Shown here: positions 48,460 to 59,358 of the stretch, piece after piece | Layout of the letters: each line of letters starts with the position of its first letter | Numbering within the stretch: position 1 is the stretch's first letter | Assembly: GCA_903885665.1 (NCBI GenBank) | Contig: CAISJL010000064.1 | Coordinates: 81,268 to 145,267 of the forward strand | Direction of reading: 5' to 3' | Source of the DNA: an uncultured beta proteobacterium | GTDB lineage: Bacteria; Pseudomonadota; Gammaproteobacteria; Burkholderiales; SG8-41 | Length of the DNA: 64,000 bases | Notes under the pieces: model-generated | Databases searched by the model: none | What the model was told of the DNA's origin: nothing | What the model saw: only the letters and a program-made list of their open reading frames with translations | Translations under genes and position numbers: made by a program

Positions 48460-49569
48460 ATGAAGAAGGTGGGAATTATTGGGTGGCGCGGTATGGTCGG
48501 CTCGGTATTGGTAGAGCGTATGCTAGAGGAGCAAGACTTCGCACAGATTGATCCGATTTTCTTCTCAACCTCACAGGCGGGTGGTCGCGCGCCAGAGATC
48601 GGTCGTGACCTGCCGCCAATCGCAAACGCCTTAGATATCCCGGCCTTGATGGCCATGGATATCTTGATTTCCTGCCAAGGGGGTGACTACACCTTAGACA
48701 TATTCCCCAAGCTTCGCGCAGCCGGTTGGACTGGCTATTGGATTGATGCTGCCTCTAGCCTGCGGATGGCAGATGATGCCCTAATTATTTTGGATCCTGT
48801 CAATCGTGAGCGTATTGATACTGCAATTGCCGCTGGAGTGAAAAACTTTATTGGGGGCAATTGCACGGTCAGCCTGATGCTGATGGCGATGGGGGGATTG
48901 TTCAAGGCGGGTCTGGTGGAGTGGGTGACTGCGATGACTTATCAAGCAGCCTCAGGTGCTGGTGCTGCCAATATGCGGGAACTGATCGCGCAAATGGGTG
49001 CACTGCATGCCGCAGCCCAACCTTTATTGGATAACCCTGCGAGTTCTATCTTGGAAATTGATCGGGTAGTGGCGCGCAGTTTACGCGATGGCACGCTGCC
49101 GACTGCTGAGTTTGGCTATCCACTTGCAGGTAGCTTGTTGCCTTGGATTGATAAAGATTTAGGACAGGGGCAAAGTCGTGAGGAATGGAAGGGGATGGCT
49201 GAGACCAATAAGATACTCGGGCTCGATGCCCAGCCAATACCCGTGGATGGTGTTTGTGTGAGGATTGGTGCGATGCGCTGCCATAGTCAGGCGCTGACTG
49301 TAAAGTTGACCCGTGATGTGCCGCTTGCTGATATAGAAGGTTTGTTGGCGCAAGCTAATCAATGGGTGCAAGTGATCCCGAATACCCGTGAGCGCTCGCT
49401 GGCCGATTTAACGCCGGCAGCGGTCACTGGGCGCCTGACGGTGCCGGTTGGCCGCTTACGGCAATTGCCAATGGGGAAACAGTATTTGTCAGCCTTTACG
49501 GTCGGTGATCAGCTGCTTTGGGGCGCGGCTGAACCTTTGCGTCGGATGTTGCGGATTTTGCTCAATTGA
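48460..49569 (+). CDS. asd: Aspartate-semialdehyde dehydrogenase
   Basis: 369 aa with [26 protein letters not shown] and the active-site Cys region. Confidence 0.95.
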   Translation: MKKVGIIGWRGMVGSVLVERMLEEQDFAQIDPIFFSTSQAGGRAPEIGRDLPPIANALDIPALMAMDILISCQGGDYTLDIFPKLRAAGWTGYWIDAASSLRMADDALIILDPVNRERIDTAIAAGVKNFIGGNCTVSLMLMAMGGLFKAGLVEWVTAMTYQAASGAGAANMRELIAQMGALHAAAQPLLDNPASSILEIDRVVARSLRDGTLPTAEFGYPLAGSLLPWIDKDLGQGQSREEWKGMAETNKILGLDAQPIPVDGVCVRIGAMRCHSQALTVKLTRDVPLADIEGLLAQANQWVQVIPNTRERSLADLTPAAVTGRLTVPVGRLRQLPMGKQYLSAFTVGDQLLWGAAEPLRRMLRILLN

Positions 49570-49895
49570 TCATAAACATGCTTGATTAATTCATTTTATG
49601 AGTTTTTCATGTGGCCTCTATTTTAGATTGCTTGTTTTGAATCTATGTTAAACATATGATTTTTAATAAAATTCAAAAAAATACAGTTCAAAAAATGTTC
49701 AAATAATGATATTCTTGAGGTTCTTTGCCGCAAGTTGTTGCTGGTTAGATGAAAAAAGTATCTGATGTTATTCGATATAAATGTTCATGAGGCAATGCAA
49801 TCAATCGCTAGCGTTGGTTGAAGGTATGTAAAACAGGGTGCTAATCGAGCTTATCAGATCTCAATAACTTAAATAATGAATGATGCTCGAAACTA

Positions 49896-52193
49896 ATGAA
49901 TTCGTATGTGAATGAATTGATCGAAATGGATTCGGAAAGCGGGGCTTTTGTGCGTGGATTGAAGCTAATGTTACTGAGTATTGTAGTGCTGCAACTGCAC
50001 TATTCCGCCATGGTTGGCGCTGCCGGCTTGGGTCGTTTGTCTGTACGCTCGAGCTTAGGGCAACCGCTCTTAGCGGAGTTGGATTTGGTTGGAGTGACGC
50101 CAGAGGAGTCTGCTAGTCTTGCTGTACGCTTTAGTAGTGGTGATGTGAAATCGCGTAATGCTAAAAGCGGGGTTGATTTAGCGGGACTAAAGATGAGTAT
50201 TGAGAGGCGTGAGAAAGGTCAGTTTTATATCAAAATCCTAGGTAATAGACCATTTAATGATACTTTCTTAGACCTACCCATTGAATTGTCTTGGACTGGT
50301 GGGCGCATAGTGCGTGACTACACGGCTTTAATTGATCCGCCTGGGTATGTTCAGCAAGCGCTGACTGTGGCACCGCCAGTCGTTGTCCTGCCACAAGCAA
50401 TCAAGCCGGCCCCTACTGCTAATGCGGAGCAGGTAGTGGAGTCTGAGGCGGTCGATGAGACTGCGGCTCGCGCCCCCGCTGAACTGCAAAGTAATCCCGT
50501 AGCAGATGTTACCCGAACTCCCGATGTCGCGTTATCTAAATCTAAAGCCAAAGAAACGATCAGCTCCAGCGATGCTACGCAAACAGTGCGGGTGAAAAGT
50601 GGTGATACATTAATTAATATTGCTAATACGCACAAGGTCCAAGGAGCAACGTTAGAGCAAATGTTGATTGCCTTGTATCGTAATAATTTGGAAGCGTTTC
50701 CAACGGGTAATATGAACGCAATGAAGGCAGGCCAGATTTTGCGACTTCCTGATGCGAAACAAGTGACCAATTTGCCTCATGAGGAGGCTACAAAAGTCTA
50801 TCAAGCTCAGGTGAATGACTGGCGTGCTTATCTTAAGAACTTATCGAACACGGCACTTGAGGTAACGACTAGTGGTAGTGCTGTACGCGGAAAGATTGCC
50901 ACAAAGGTAGACGATGCTGATGTAGCCGATAAGCGCGATGTGGTTCGGTTATCAAAAACCGATGATACAAAAGGTGGAAAGAAAAAAGGTAGGAGCCAGC
51001 AAGCTGACCAAGAAGATGCGCAAGCGGTAGCCAACGAGTTGGCGGAGGCTAGGTCGCGTATTGCTGAGCTTGAAAAGACCCTAGAAGATACAAAAAAGTT
51101 GATGGCGCTAAATAATGAAAATTTTGCACTAGCTCAGCAGCAAGCCAAGGAAAGGATGATTGCCCTAGAGCGCTCAACAGGTGAGCAAGTGATTGCTTGG
51201 GCTATGGCGAATCAAGCAATCGCAGGCGCGATAGTCTCGTCTTTATTGATGTCAATTGTCGGATTGGCAATTCTTTTTCGCAAACGGTTGCAGCGGCAAC
51301 GCGCTCAATCCCAAGACGGCGATTTAGGTGGTGATTTAGAGTTTAGTGGAGATAGTCAAGGTAACGCTAGAGAATTTGGCGCTCGTTTTAATAAGGACAG
51401 ACTGACTGGTGCTGCTAGCAATCAAGGTCGTAATGAGGCGCTCACAGAGGCAGAAATTTGGCTAGCCAGTTTGCAATCTGCTGGAGTGCTGGCAACTGAC
51501 GCTACTGCAGCAGGTCAAGCTGTAATGGTCGCCGCGCTAGACTTGTTGGAGAGCGTTGATGTCATTACTGACGATGAAGAATTGTATCGATCAGTTTGTC
51601 AAAACTTGCGGGTAGCGACCATCTCGCAAAAAGGATCGCAGCGCGAGGCCGCTCGTTTGGCTTTATCATTGCTGGAAAGTTTGAAAGTGTTTGCTCCTGA
51701 TGATCAGTTGTATTTAGATATTTGTCAGAATCTAAGACGAGTAATGAATGGCGAGGCAATTCCAGCCGTTATGGGTAAATCAGCTACTAAAGAAACGGTT
51801 GCTGAAAAATTACAAAAAGTGGAGTTTGACTTTAATTTTGAAGGGGCAGATCAGCCTGCTAAAACGATTGCAGAAAATGTGGCGCGGGTGAGTCCTCAGT
51901 CGGCGGCACAACCAGTGCAGAGCGCGTCGGCAAAACCAGAGCAAACCTTTAAAATTGACCTCGATGATTTGCGATTGGATCTGGGTGGGGACAAGCAGCT
52001 GCCTGAAGATAAAGACGGCAATGAGAAAAAAGATGCAAATTGGTATGACGTACAACAAAAATTTGATTTAGCAAAGGCTTATCATGAGATGGGGGATAAT
52101 GAGGGTGCTATAGGCGTTTTACAGGAAGTCTTGCGAGACGGTGATAAAACCCAAAAAAATCAAGCAGATAAGTTACTGTCAACGCTAACTTAA
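49896..52193 (+). CDS. fimV: FimV-like protein (N-terminal FimV domain, LysM, TM segment, acidic/coiled region, C-terminal FimV motif)
   Basis: GLGRLSVRSSLGQPLLAELDL. LysM: VRVKSGDTLINIANTH...LRLP. TM: AIAGAIVSSLLMSIVGLAILF. C-terminal motif: YDVQQKFDLAKAYHEMGDNEGAIGVLQEVL. The start is uncertain (49896, 49926 or 49968). The asd-fimV-truA synteny is conserved. Confidence 0.8.
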   Translation: MNSYVNELIEMDSESGAFVRGLKLMLLSIVVLQLHYSAMVGAAGLGRLSVRSSLGQPLLAELDLVGVTPEESASLAVRFSSGDVKSRNAKSGVDLAGLKMSIERREKGQFYIKILGNRPFNDTFLDLPIELSWTGGRIVRDYTALIDPPGYVQQALTVAPPVVVLPQAIKPAPTANAEQVVESEAVDETAARAPAELQSNPVADVTRTPDVALSKSKAKETISSSDATQTVRVKSGDTLINIANTHKVQGATLEQMLIALYRNNLEAFPTGNMNAMKAGQILRLPDAKQVTNLPHEEATKVYQAQVNDWRAYLKNLSNTALEVTTSGSAVRGKIATKVDDADVADKRDVVRLSKTDDTKGGKKKGRSQQADQEDAQAVANELAEARSRIAELEKTLEDTKKLMALNNENFALAQQQAKERMIALERSTGEQVIAWAMANQAIAGAIVSSLLMSIVGLAILFRKRLQRQRAQSQDGDLGGDLEFSGDSQGNAREFGARFNKDRLTGAASNQGRNEALTEAEIWLASLQSAGVLATDATAAGQAVMVAALDLLESVDVITDDEELYRSVCQNLRVATISQKGSQREAARLALSLLESLKVFAPDDQLYLDICQNLRRVMNGEAIPAVMGKSATKETVAEKLQKVEFDFNFEGADQPAKTIAENVARVSPQSAAQPVQSASAKPEQTFKIDLDDLRLDLGGDKQLPEDKDGNEKKDANWYDVQQKFDLAKAYHEMGDNEGAIGVLQEVLRDGDKTQKNQADKLLSTLT

Positions 52194-52213
52194 TGTAATC
52201 TTCAGGCAATATC

Positions 52214-52250
52214 AACCGCGGTAGACGTTAGTTTGCCGCGGTTTTTTTTA
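52214..52250 (+). terminator. Rho-independent terminator after fimV
   Basis: AACCGCGG-tagacgttagtttg-CCGCGGTT followed by T8 (52242-52249), 21 nt after the stop. Confidence 0.85.
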
Positions 52251-52330
52251 TGCGGCATTTGTGCTTGATGGTGCAGTAGAATGGCGTTTAGTGTCACTCA
52301 TCAGTAATTAGGATTGGGAAGGCGGACTGC

Positions 52331-53110
52331 GTGCGAATTGCGCTAGGCGTAGAATACAATGGAAGTGGGTTTTGTGGATGGCAGACTCAGCCCGGTGCTG
52401 GTGCGGTACAGGATCGAATCGAGGCTGCTTGTGGCCAAATAGCGCAGCAAACGATTAAGGTGGTCTGTGCAGGACGCACCGATGCTGGTGTGCATGCAGT
52501 GGGCCAGGTGGTACATTTTGATACGTTGGTTGAGCGCCCCTTGAGTGCGTGGGTACGTGGGGTCAATGCATTACTGCCACCGATGATTGCGGTCAATTGG
52601 GCGCATCCAGTGACCGATGATTTTCATGCGCGTTACTCGGCACTTGCTCGGTGTTATCGCTATGTGGTGTTAAATACGGCGGTCAGACCCGCGCTAGAGA
52701 ATGCTCGAATCGGTTGGTGTCATCAACCCTTAGCCCTTGAGCGCATGCAATTAGCGGCTGAATACTTGATTGGAGAGCATGATTTTACGGCTTTTCGAGC
52801 ATCGCACTGCCAGGCCAAGACGCCGATTAGGGTATTGCATCATTTACGGATTGAACGCACCGGACCTTATGTGATTTTTGATTTGCGGGCGAATGCATTT
52901 CTGCATCATATGGTGCGTAATATAATTGGCAGTTTAATTTATGTAGGCATGAACAAACACCCGCCGCAATGGCTCAGACAGGTCTTGCAAGATCGGCAAC
53001 GGGCACAGGCAGCGCCTACGTTTGATGCCTCTGGGTTATATTTGACACAAGTTGATTATGCGGAGCATTGGCAACTGCCTAATCCTAGACCGTTTAGCTT
53101 ATGGCCATAA
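52331..53110 (+). CDS. truA: tRNA pseudouridine(38-40) synthase
   Basis: 259 aa with a GTG start, MRIALGVEYNGSGFCGWQ and AGRTDAGVHA (catalytic Asp). Confidence 0.93.
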   Translation: MRIALGVEYNGSGFCGWQTQPGAGAVQDRIEAACGQIAQQTIKVVCAGRTDAGVHAVGQVVHFDTLVERPLSAWVRGVNALLPPMIAVNWAHPVTDDFHARYSALARCYRYVVLNTAVRPALENARIGWCHQPLALERMQLAAEYLIGEHDFTAFRASHCQAKTPIRVLHHLRIERTGPYVIFDLRANAFLHHMVRNIIGSLIYVGMNKHPPQWLRQVLQDRQRAQAAPTFDASGLYLTQVDYAEHWQLPNPRPFSLWP

Positions 53111-53141
53111 GGCGCTCAATATTGGGTTGTAGAGGAATGAG

Positions 53142-53765
53142 ATGAATACACGGATTAAGATTTGCGGCATTACGCGGTTAGAAGATGCGCTATTGGCTGC
53201 GCAATTAGGCGCGCATGCCCTTGGTTTTGTATTCTACCCATCCAGTCCGCGCGCGCTCAGTCCAGAGCAAGCGCAAGAGATGATTGCGGCTTTGCCACCT
53301 TTTGTTGTGTCGGTTGGTTTGTTTGTCAACGCCACACCTGAGGCTGTTAGGGCAACCTTGGAAGTTGCACCGGTTAACCTGCTGCAGTTTCATGGTGATG
53401 AGTCGGCGGCATACTGCGAGCAGTTCGGATTGCCTTATTTACGTGCAATTCGCATCAAGTCGGACACTGATTTGTTACAATATGCGACTGAATTCAGGGG
53501 CGCTAAAGCTTTATTGTTGGATACTTGGGTTGATGGAGTGCCTGGTGGAACCGGCGAGCAGTTTGATTGGGGCTTAATTCCACATAATTTGCCCTTGCCG
53601 ATTATTCTCTCTGGCGGCTTAAATGCGCAGATTGTGACAAAGGCTGTGCAGCTGGTGAGGCCTTGGGCAGTGGACGTTTCTAGTGGTGTAGAGCGCGGCA
53701 AAGGCATTAAGGACCCAATAAAGATGGCAAATTTCATACAGGGAGTGCGTAATGCGTGTTTATGA
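53142..53765 (+). CDS. trpF: Phosphoribosylanthranilate isomerase
   Basis: 207 aa with [12 protein letters not shown]...[10 protein letters not shown]...LQFHGDE, and its position in the trp cluster. Confidence 0.92.
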   Translation: MNTRIKICGITRLEDALLAAQLGAHALGFVFYPSSPRALSPEQAQEMIAALPPFVVSVGLFVNATPEAVRATLEVAPVNLLQFHGDESAAYCEQFGLPYLRAIRIKSDTDLLQYATEFRGAKALLLDTWVDGVPGGTGEQFDWGLIPHNLPLPIILSGGLNAQIVTKAVQLVRPWAVDVSSGVERGKGIKDPIKMANFIQGVRNACL

Positions 53766-54954
53766 TCTACCCAATAAAGTGGGCCATTTTGGGCCATACG
53801 GTGGAATATTTGTATCTGAAACCTTGATTGATGCGCTAGAAGAATTGAAAAGCGCATACGCGCGGTTTAAAGATGATCCGGCGTTTTTGGCTGAGTACGC
53901 CTACGAATTAAAGCATTATGTGGGTCGTCCTAGCCCAATTTATCACGCTCGTCGCTGGTCTGAGCACTTTGGTGGGGCCCAAGTTTATTTGAAGCGTGAG
54001 GACTTGAATCATACGGGTGCGCATAAAATTAATAATGTGATTGGTCAGGCATTGTTAGCACGGCACTTAGGTAAGCCAAGGGTGATTGCTGAGACTGGCG
54101 CTGGTCAGCATGGTGTTGCTACCGCGACGATTGCCGCCCGCTACGGTATGGAGTGTGTTGTTTACATGGGCTCTGAAGATGTTAAGCGACAGGCGCAAAA
54201 CGTGTATCGGATGAAATTGTTGGGAGCTACTGTGGTGCCTGTCGAGTCAGGCTCTAAGACCTTGAAAGATGCACTCAATGAGGCTATGCGCGACTGGGTA
54301 ACCAATGTCGAAAATACTTTTTATATTATTGGAACTGTGGCGGGACCTCATCCGTATCCGATGATGGTTCGTGATTTTCAGTGCATTATCGGACGTGAGT
54401 CTAAAGAGCAAATGTTGGAAATGGTGGGTCGACAACCAGATGCTGTATTGGCCTGTGTTGGCGGTGGCTCCAATGCGATCGGAATTTTTCATCCGTATAT
54501 TGACGTGGCTGGGGTGCGATTAATTGGGGTTGAAGCTGCGGGTGAGGGCTTAGATACTGGTAAGCACTCGGCGACATTGACTGCGGGACGCCCAGGCGTG
54601 TTGCATGGCAATCGAACATACTTATTACAAGATGAAAATGGTCAGGTGATTGAGACGCATTCAATATCTGCGGGCTTGGATTACCCTGGGGTCGGCCCTG
54701 AGCATGCTTGGTTAAAAGATATTGGGCGAGCAGAGTATGTGGCAGTAACCGACGATGAAGCGCTCGCTGCGTTTCATTCATTGTGCCGCTTAGAGGGTAT
54801 TATTCCTGCGCTAGAGTCTAGTCATGCATTAGCCTACGCAGCAAAAATGGCGCCTCAGATGGATAAATCACAAATACTGTTGGTGAATCTTTCTGGTCGC
54901 GGTGATAAGGATATGCACACCGTCGCATTAAAATCAGGTTTGAAATTTGATTAA
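53752..54954 (+). CDS. trpB: Tryptophan synthase beta chain
   Basis: 400 aa with GHFGPYGG, the PLP-Lys motif [11 protein letters not shown], and GGGSNAIG. It overlaps trpF by 14 nt; GGAG lies upstream. Confidence 0.97.
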   Translation: MRVYDLPNKVGHFGPYGGIFVSETLIDALEELKSAYARFKDDPAFLAEYAYELKHYVGRPSPIYHARRWSEHFGGAQVYLKREDLNHTGAHKINNVIGQALLARHLGKPRVIAETGAGQHGVATATIAARYGMECVVYMGSEDVKRQAQNVYRMKLLGATVVPVESGSKTLKDALNEAMRDWVTNVENTFYIIGTVAGPHPYPMMVRDFQCIIGRESKEQMLEMVGRQPDAVLACVGGGSNAIGIFHPYIDVAGVRLIGVEAAGEGLDTGKHSATLTAGRPGVLHGNRTYLLQDENGQVIETHSISAGLDYPGVGPEHAWLKDIGRAEYVAVTDDEALAAFHSLCRLEGIIPALESSHALAYAAKMAPQMDKSQILLVNLSGRGDKDMHTVALKSGLKFD

Positions 54955-55068
54955 AAAGATTTACTGGTTTATTTGGATAATGCAATGTCATATGCTGCGT
55001 TATGTTTAAGTAATTCATGCCGTGGTCTCTTCAATGCCCAATAGATCTACTCAGTCAGAGATTTAATA

Positions 55069-55875
55069 ATGTCACGAATATCGAATACGTTTAGCCACTT
55101 ACAACAACAAGGTCGCAAGGCCTTGATCCCATTCTTTACTGCGGGAGACCCTAATCCGAGTGATTGCGTCCCTATTATGCATGCGCTAGTGGCAGGAGGG
55201 GCTAACATCATTGAGCTTGGTGTGCCTTTTTCAGATCCTATGGCAGATGGTCCGGTAATTCAGCGTTCCAGTGAAAGAGCTTTAAAGCATGGTGTAACAT
55301 TGCGCGATGTGATTGGCTATGTTGCGGATTTCAGGTGCACGAATACCCATACGCCAATTGTATTGTTTGGTTATGCAAACCCCATTGAGTCCATGGGGCT
55401 TCAGCAGTTTGCGAAGTTGGCTAAAGCTGCTGGTGTCGATGGCGTTTTGGTTGTTGATTATCCATTAGAGGAGGCAACGACCTTAGTTGAGACTATGGAT
55501 GCGGAAGCAATAGATACAGTATTTTTAATTTCTCCGACCACATCGGATGCACGCTTAGCACAAGTGGTGACATTGGGTCGTGGTTACTTGTATTACGTAT
55601 CGCTCAAAGGCGTGACAGGTGCTGCGAATATTGATGTTGCTGATGTTGCGCAACGTCTGACACATATTCGCCAATTTACATCACTGCCACTGGGTGTAGG
55701 TTTTGGAATTCGTGATGGCGAGACTGCTGGCCGGATTGCTAAAATTGCTGATGCAGTGGTTATCGGTAGTCGCTTGGTGCAGGACTTGGAGCGTGCACCA
55801 TTAAATGCAGTGGATAGCGCTAATGCGTTAATGACAGAGATTAGGCTAGCTATGGATCAGCAGGTGCTTAAGTGA
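55069..55875 (+). CDS. trpA: Tryptophan synthase alpha chain
   Basis: 268 aa with [28 protein letters not shown] and [10 protein letters not shown]. Confidence 0.95.
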   Translation: MSRISNTFSHLQQQGRKALIPFFTAGDPNPSDCVPIMHALVAGGANIIELGVPFSDPMADGPVIQRSSERALKHGVTLRDVIGYVADFRCTNTHTPIVLFGYANPIESMGLQQFAKLAKAAGVDGVLVVDYPLEEATTLVETMDAEAIDTVFLISPTTSDARLAQVVTLGRGYLYYVSLKGVTGAANIDVADVAQRLTHIRQFTSLPLGVGFGIRDGETAGRIAKIADAVVIGSRLVQDLERAPLNAVDSANALMTEIRLAMDQQVLK

Positions 55876-56738
55876 GTTGGTTGCAAAAGTTACTGCCACC
55901 ACGAATTAATCGTGATACTGCAGTTATACGCAAGGCTGTGCCTGAGGGGCTTTGGAGTAAATGTGATTCGTGTGAATCCGTTCTCTATCGTACAGACCTT
56001 GAAAAGAATTTATGTGTTTGTCCTAAGTGCAATCATCACAATCGTATTTCAGCGCGCGAGCGTTTGGATTGGTTGTTTGATCAAGAAGGTCGGTTTGAAA
56101 TTGGCACTGAAGTTACCGCAATTGATGGTTTGAAGTTTCGCGACAGCAAACGCTATGTTGATCGTTTGGCGAGCGCGCGTGAAGACACTGGTGAGGAGGA
56201 TGCGCTTGTGGTGATGCAGGGTGCGATTTGTGAGATCCCTGCAGTTGCTGCGGCTTTTGAGTTTGGATTCTTGGGTGGTTCTATGGGTTCGGTTGTTGGT
56301 GAGCGATTTGTGCGCGGAGTCCAGGTGTGCTTAGAGCAACGCTTGCCATTCATTTGTTTTACTGCCACAGGTGGGGCGCGTATGCAAGAGGGTGTTTTTT
56401 CGTTATTGCAAATGGCTAAGACTTGCGCTGCGTTAACGCGCTTGGCAGATGAAAGATTGCCTTTTATTTCGGTTTTGACAGATCCAACTATGGGCGGCGT
56501 TTCGGCAAGTTTTGCAATGATTGGTGATGTTGTTATTGCTGAGCCAAATGCATTAATTGGTTTTGCGGGACCGCGAGTCATTGAGCAGACCGTACGCGAA
56601 ACACTGCCGGCAGGTTTTCAGCGCGCTGAATTTTTAATGGAAAAAGGTGCGCTAGATTTGATCGTTGACCGTCGACAGATGCGAGCTACATTATCTAGAT
56701 TACTGGCACTGATGCTTAAATTACCGGCTCCAGTGTAA
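55872..56738 (+). CDS. accD: Acetyl-CoA carboxylase carboxyltransferase beta subunit
   Basis: [10 protein letters not shown], Zn ribbon CDSCESV...CPKCNHH and GGARMQEG. The GTG start overlaps the trpA stop (GTGA). Confidence 0.95.
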   Translation: MSWLQKLLPPRINRDTAVIRKAVPEGLWSKCDSCESVLYRTDLEKNLCVCPKCNHHNRISARERLDWLFDQEGRFEIGTEVTAIDGLKFRDSKRYVDRLASAREDTGEEDALVVMQGAICEIPAVAAAFEFGFLGGSMGSVVGERFVRGVQVCLEQRLPFICFTATGGARMQEGVFSLLQMAKTCAALTRLADERLPFISVLTDPTMGGVSASFAMIGDVVIAEPNALIGFAGPRVIEQTVRETLPAGFQRAEFLMEKGALDLIVDRRQMRATLSRLLALMLKLPAPV

Positions 56739-56824
56739 TGGCCGTAAACTCAAAGTAGGGTTTTTGGAGGCTATTTAATCAACAGGGTGAGATATATTTG
56801 AGTGTGGATGAGGATTTAGGTTAA

Positions 56825-58093
56825 ATGACAGAGCTGGCCACACTAACTGATTGGTTAGAGTTTATTTCTAGGCAGCATCCACAAGCCATTGCGTTTGGAT
56901 TAGATCGTGTTAATGCGGTGCGATTAGCGCTGAATCTGGAGTTGTCTTGCCCGATCATTATTGTTGGCGGCACCAATGGTAAGGGCTCTGCATGCATGAT
57001 GTTGGAAGCTATTCTAAGCCAAGCCCATTATCGAGTAGGCACTTATACCTCGCCGCATTTATTGCGTTATAACGAGAGAGTTCGTCTAAGTAGCGTGGAG
57101 GCTAGCGATGAGGATCTCATAGAGGCCTTGTCTGTAGTTGAGCAAGCCAGATCGCGTCTCGATGTTGCTTTGACTTATTTTGAATTTACGACATTAGCCG
57201 CTGCATATTTATTCAAGTGCCAAGGGATGGATGCGGTAATTTTTGAAGTGGGTTTGGGTGGTCGACTTGATGCCGTCAATATATTTGACGCAGATGTCGC
57301 TGTGCTCATGAGTGTAGACTTGGACCACATGGAGTATTTGGGGGCGACGCGTGAAGCGATTGGAGCTGAGAAAGCTTGTATTTTTCGAGGTGGTAAAACA
57401 GCTGTCTGCGCAGACTCGAACCCTCCTGCATCGGTATTAGAGTACGCTGCAAAAATTGATGTGCAGCTCTTGTGTATAGACCGTGATTTTGATTACCAGG
57501 TGCAAGCCCAGCAATGGCAATACCAGGGCCCCAACAGTCGACGTTATGGCCTACCGCTACCTGCGTTATTGGGGCGGGTGCAATTGGCTAATGCGAGTGC
57601 ATGCATTGCTGCGCTAGATGCTTTGCGCTCGCGCCTGCCTGTGAGTGCTGAGAATGTGCGGACTGGTTTGTTACAAGTGAGTAATCCAGGCCGATTTCAG
57701 GTCATGGCTGGTCGACCAACAGTGATTTTGGATGTCGCACATAATCCACACGCAGCTAAAGCCTTGGTAGCTAATTTAATCCAGATGACCGGTTACGATC
57801 GGACCATAGCAATCTTTTCTATGCTCAATGACAAGAATATTCCTAGTGTGGTGCAGATTGTACGTGGACATATTGACCAGTGGTTAGTTGCACCCTTAGA
57901 GGGCGTTAGGGCTACGCCTACAGCTGATCTTGTTCGAATTTTGGCAGAAGGCGGTGTTGTTGAGCCCCCGATTTGCTGTGTAAATATTCATGATGCTTGT
58001 GATCGCGCGTATCAGATTGCCGGGGAAAATGATAGAATTTTAATATTTGGATCGTTTCTGACCGTGGCGGCTGCGATGAACGCTGTACAATAG
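56825..58093 (+). CDS. folC: Bifunctional folylpolyglutamate synthase / dihydrofolate synthase
   Basis: 422 aa. Mur-ligase P-loop VGGTNGKGS and FEVGLGGRLDA. Confidence 0.93.
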   Translation: MTELATLTDWLEFISRQHPQAIAFGLDRVNAVRLALNLELSCPIIIVGGTNGKGSACMMLEAILSQAHYRVGTYTSPHLLRYNERVRLSSVEASDEDLIEALSVVEQARSRLDVALTYFEFTTLAAAYLFKCQGMDAVIFEVGLGGRLDAVNIFDADVAVLMSVDLDHMEYLGATREAIGAEKACIFRGGKTAVCADSNPPASVLEYAAKIDVQLLCIDRDFDYQVQAQQWQYQGPNSRRYGLPLPALLGRVQLANASACIAALDALRSRLPVSAENVRTGLLQVSNPGRFQVMAGRPTVILDVAHNPHAAKALVANLIQMTGYDRTIAIFSMLNDKNIPSVVQIVRGHIDQWLVAPLEGVRATPTADLVRILAEGGVVEPPICCVNIHDACDRAYQIAGENDRILIFGSFLTVAAAMNAVQ

Positions 58094-58159
58094 AGCCTAG
58101 ATTTGTAATTGTTAAATACCATTACCACTAAAATGTAGATTACTTTTGGCCGACCATTC

Positions 58160-58861
58160 ATGATAAATAGCGTGAGCGATGAGGAACTGTTGCTAAAGAA
58201 GCGTGCGCGTCGACGTTTGGTGGGCGCCATTGTGTTAGTGATTGTTGTTATCGCAATATTACCAATGATTCTAGATGCGGAGCCTGAGACGCTAAATCAG
58301 GAAATCAGCATTCAAATTCCCAATCCCAATGGTGGTACGATTGTCGAGTCTTTACAACTAAAGCCTACGGAGCGCAAGGCAGATCTATCACGCCTCTCTG
58401 CAGTCAGCCCCGTTGATATTGAAGCTCAGGATGATAAGTCAAAAGATAAAACTGACAAAGCTGGTTCTGAGTCGGCTAGCGAAGTGATTGCTGAGACGAA
58501 GGTTGCACCTAAAATAGAGTCGACTCCTGTAGTTATTGAGTCCGCTGAGTTGGCTAAGGCAGATGGTGCGCCTAAGGCGGCAGTGAAGGGCGATACTAAG
58601 GATAAAGAAAAAGAAAAATCCAAGCCTACAGGTTATGTAGTGCAAGTGGCGGCATTGGGTGATGCTGCAAAGGCTAAGTCAATAAACTCTAAAATTATTA
58701 ATGCTGGTATGAAATCCTATACAGAAACGGTTAATGTTGAAAAAGGAACGATTACTCGGGTCAGAGTTGGTCCATATGCAAGCCGTGAGGCTGCTGATAA
58801 GGCGATTCAACAGCTGAAACGTTTGCAACTCGAGGGTAAGGTTGTGCCATTACATCGATGA
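58160..58861 (+). CDS. SPOR-domain cell-division/peptidoglycan-binding protein (DedD-like)
   Basis: N-terminal TM anchor, a low-complexity acidic/Lys-rich linker and a C-terminal SPOR domain (GYVVQVAALGDAAKAK...RVRVGPYASREAADKA). Confidence 0.8.
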   Translation: MINSVSDEELLLKKRARRRLVGAIVLVIVVIAILPMILDAEPETLNQEISIQIPNPNGGTIVESLQLKPTERKADLSRLSAVSPVDIEAQDDKSKDKTDKAGSESASEVIAETKVAPKIESTPVVIESAELAKADGAPKAAVKGDTKDKEKEKSKPTGYVVQVAALGDAAKAKSINSKIINAGMKSYTETVNVEKGTITRVRVGPYASREAADKAIQQLKRLQLEGKVVPLHR

Positions 58862-59349
58862 ATCTGATTGATTATGTGGTGATTGTTATTTTGGCGTTGT
58901 CGGTTTTGCTTGGTGTAAAGCGTGGTCTATTGCGTGAGATTCTTGCCTTTGCATCATGGGTGGTTGCAATCAGTAGCGCTTATTTTTTCGCGGCCAAATT
59001 AGATTATTTAATGTCCCTAGATATTAGCAATGAGTCGCTACGTTGGTTGGTTAATTTCGCGTTAATTTTTTTCGTAGCGATGGTGTTGATGAGTCTAGTG
59101 GCTATGCTTTTATCTAAGTTGCTCAGTAGTGCCGGATTGAGTGTGGAAGATCGCTTACTGGGTGCGATATTTGGATTACTTCGTGGTGGTGTTATTTTGT
59201 CAATATTGGTTCTTATGGTTGGAGCGACAGTATTGCCAAAGCATGTTTTGTGGCAGAGCTCGCTATTTCATTCGGTTCTAGAGCAAGGGGCGTTGTTAGT
59301 CAGGGATTGTCTACCGCCTGAATTAGCGCGACATATTAATTACGGTTGA
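58858..59349 (+). CDS. cvpA: CvpA-family membrane protein (colicin V production protein)
   Basis: 163 aa, 4 TM, MNLIDYVVIVILALSVLLGVKRGLLREI. Conserved position upstream of purF. Confidence 0.88.
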   Translation: MNLIDYVVIVILALSVLLGVKRGLLREILAFASWVVAISSAYFFAAKLDYLMSLDISNESLRWLVNFALIFFVAMVLMSLVAMLLSKLLSSAGLSVEDRLLGAIFGLLRGGVILSILVLMVGATVLPKHVLWQSSLFHSVLEQGALLVRDCLPPELARHINYG

Positions 59350-59358
59350 GGAATTTCA

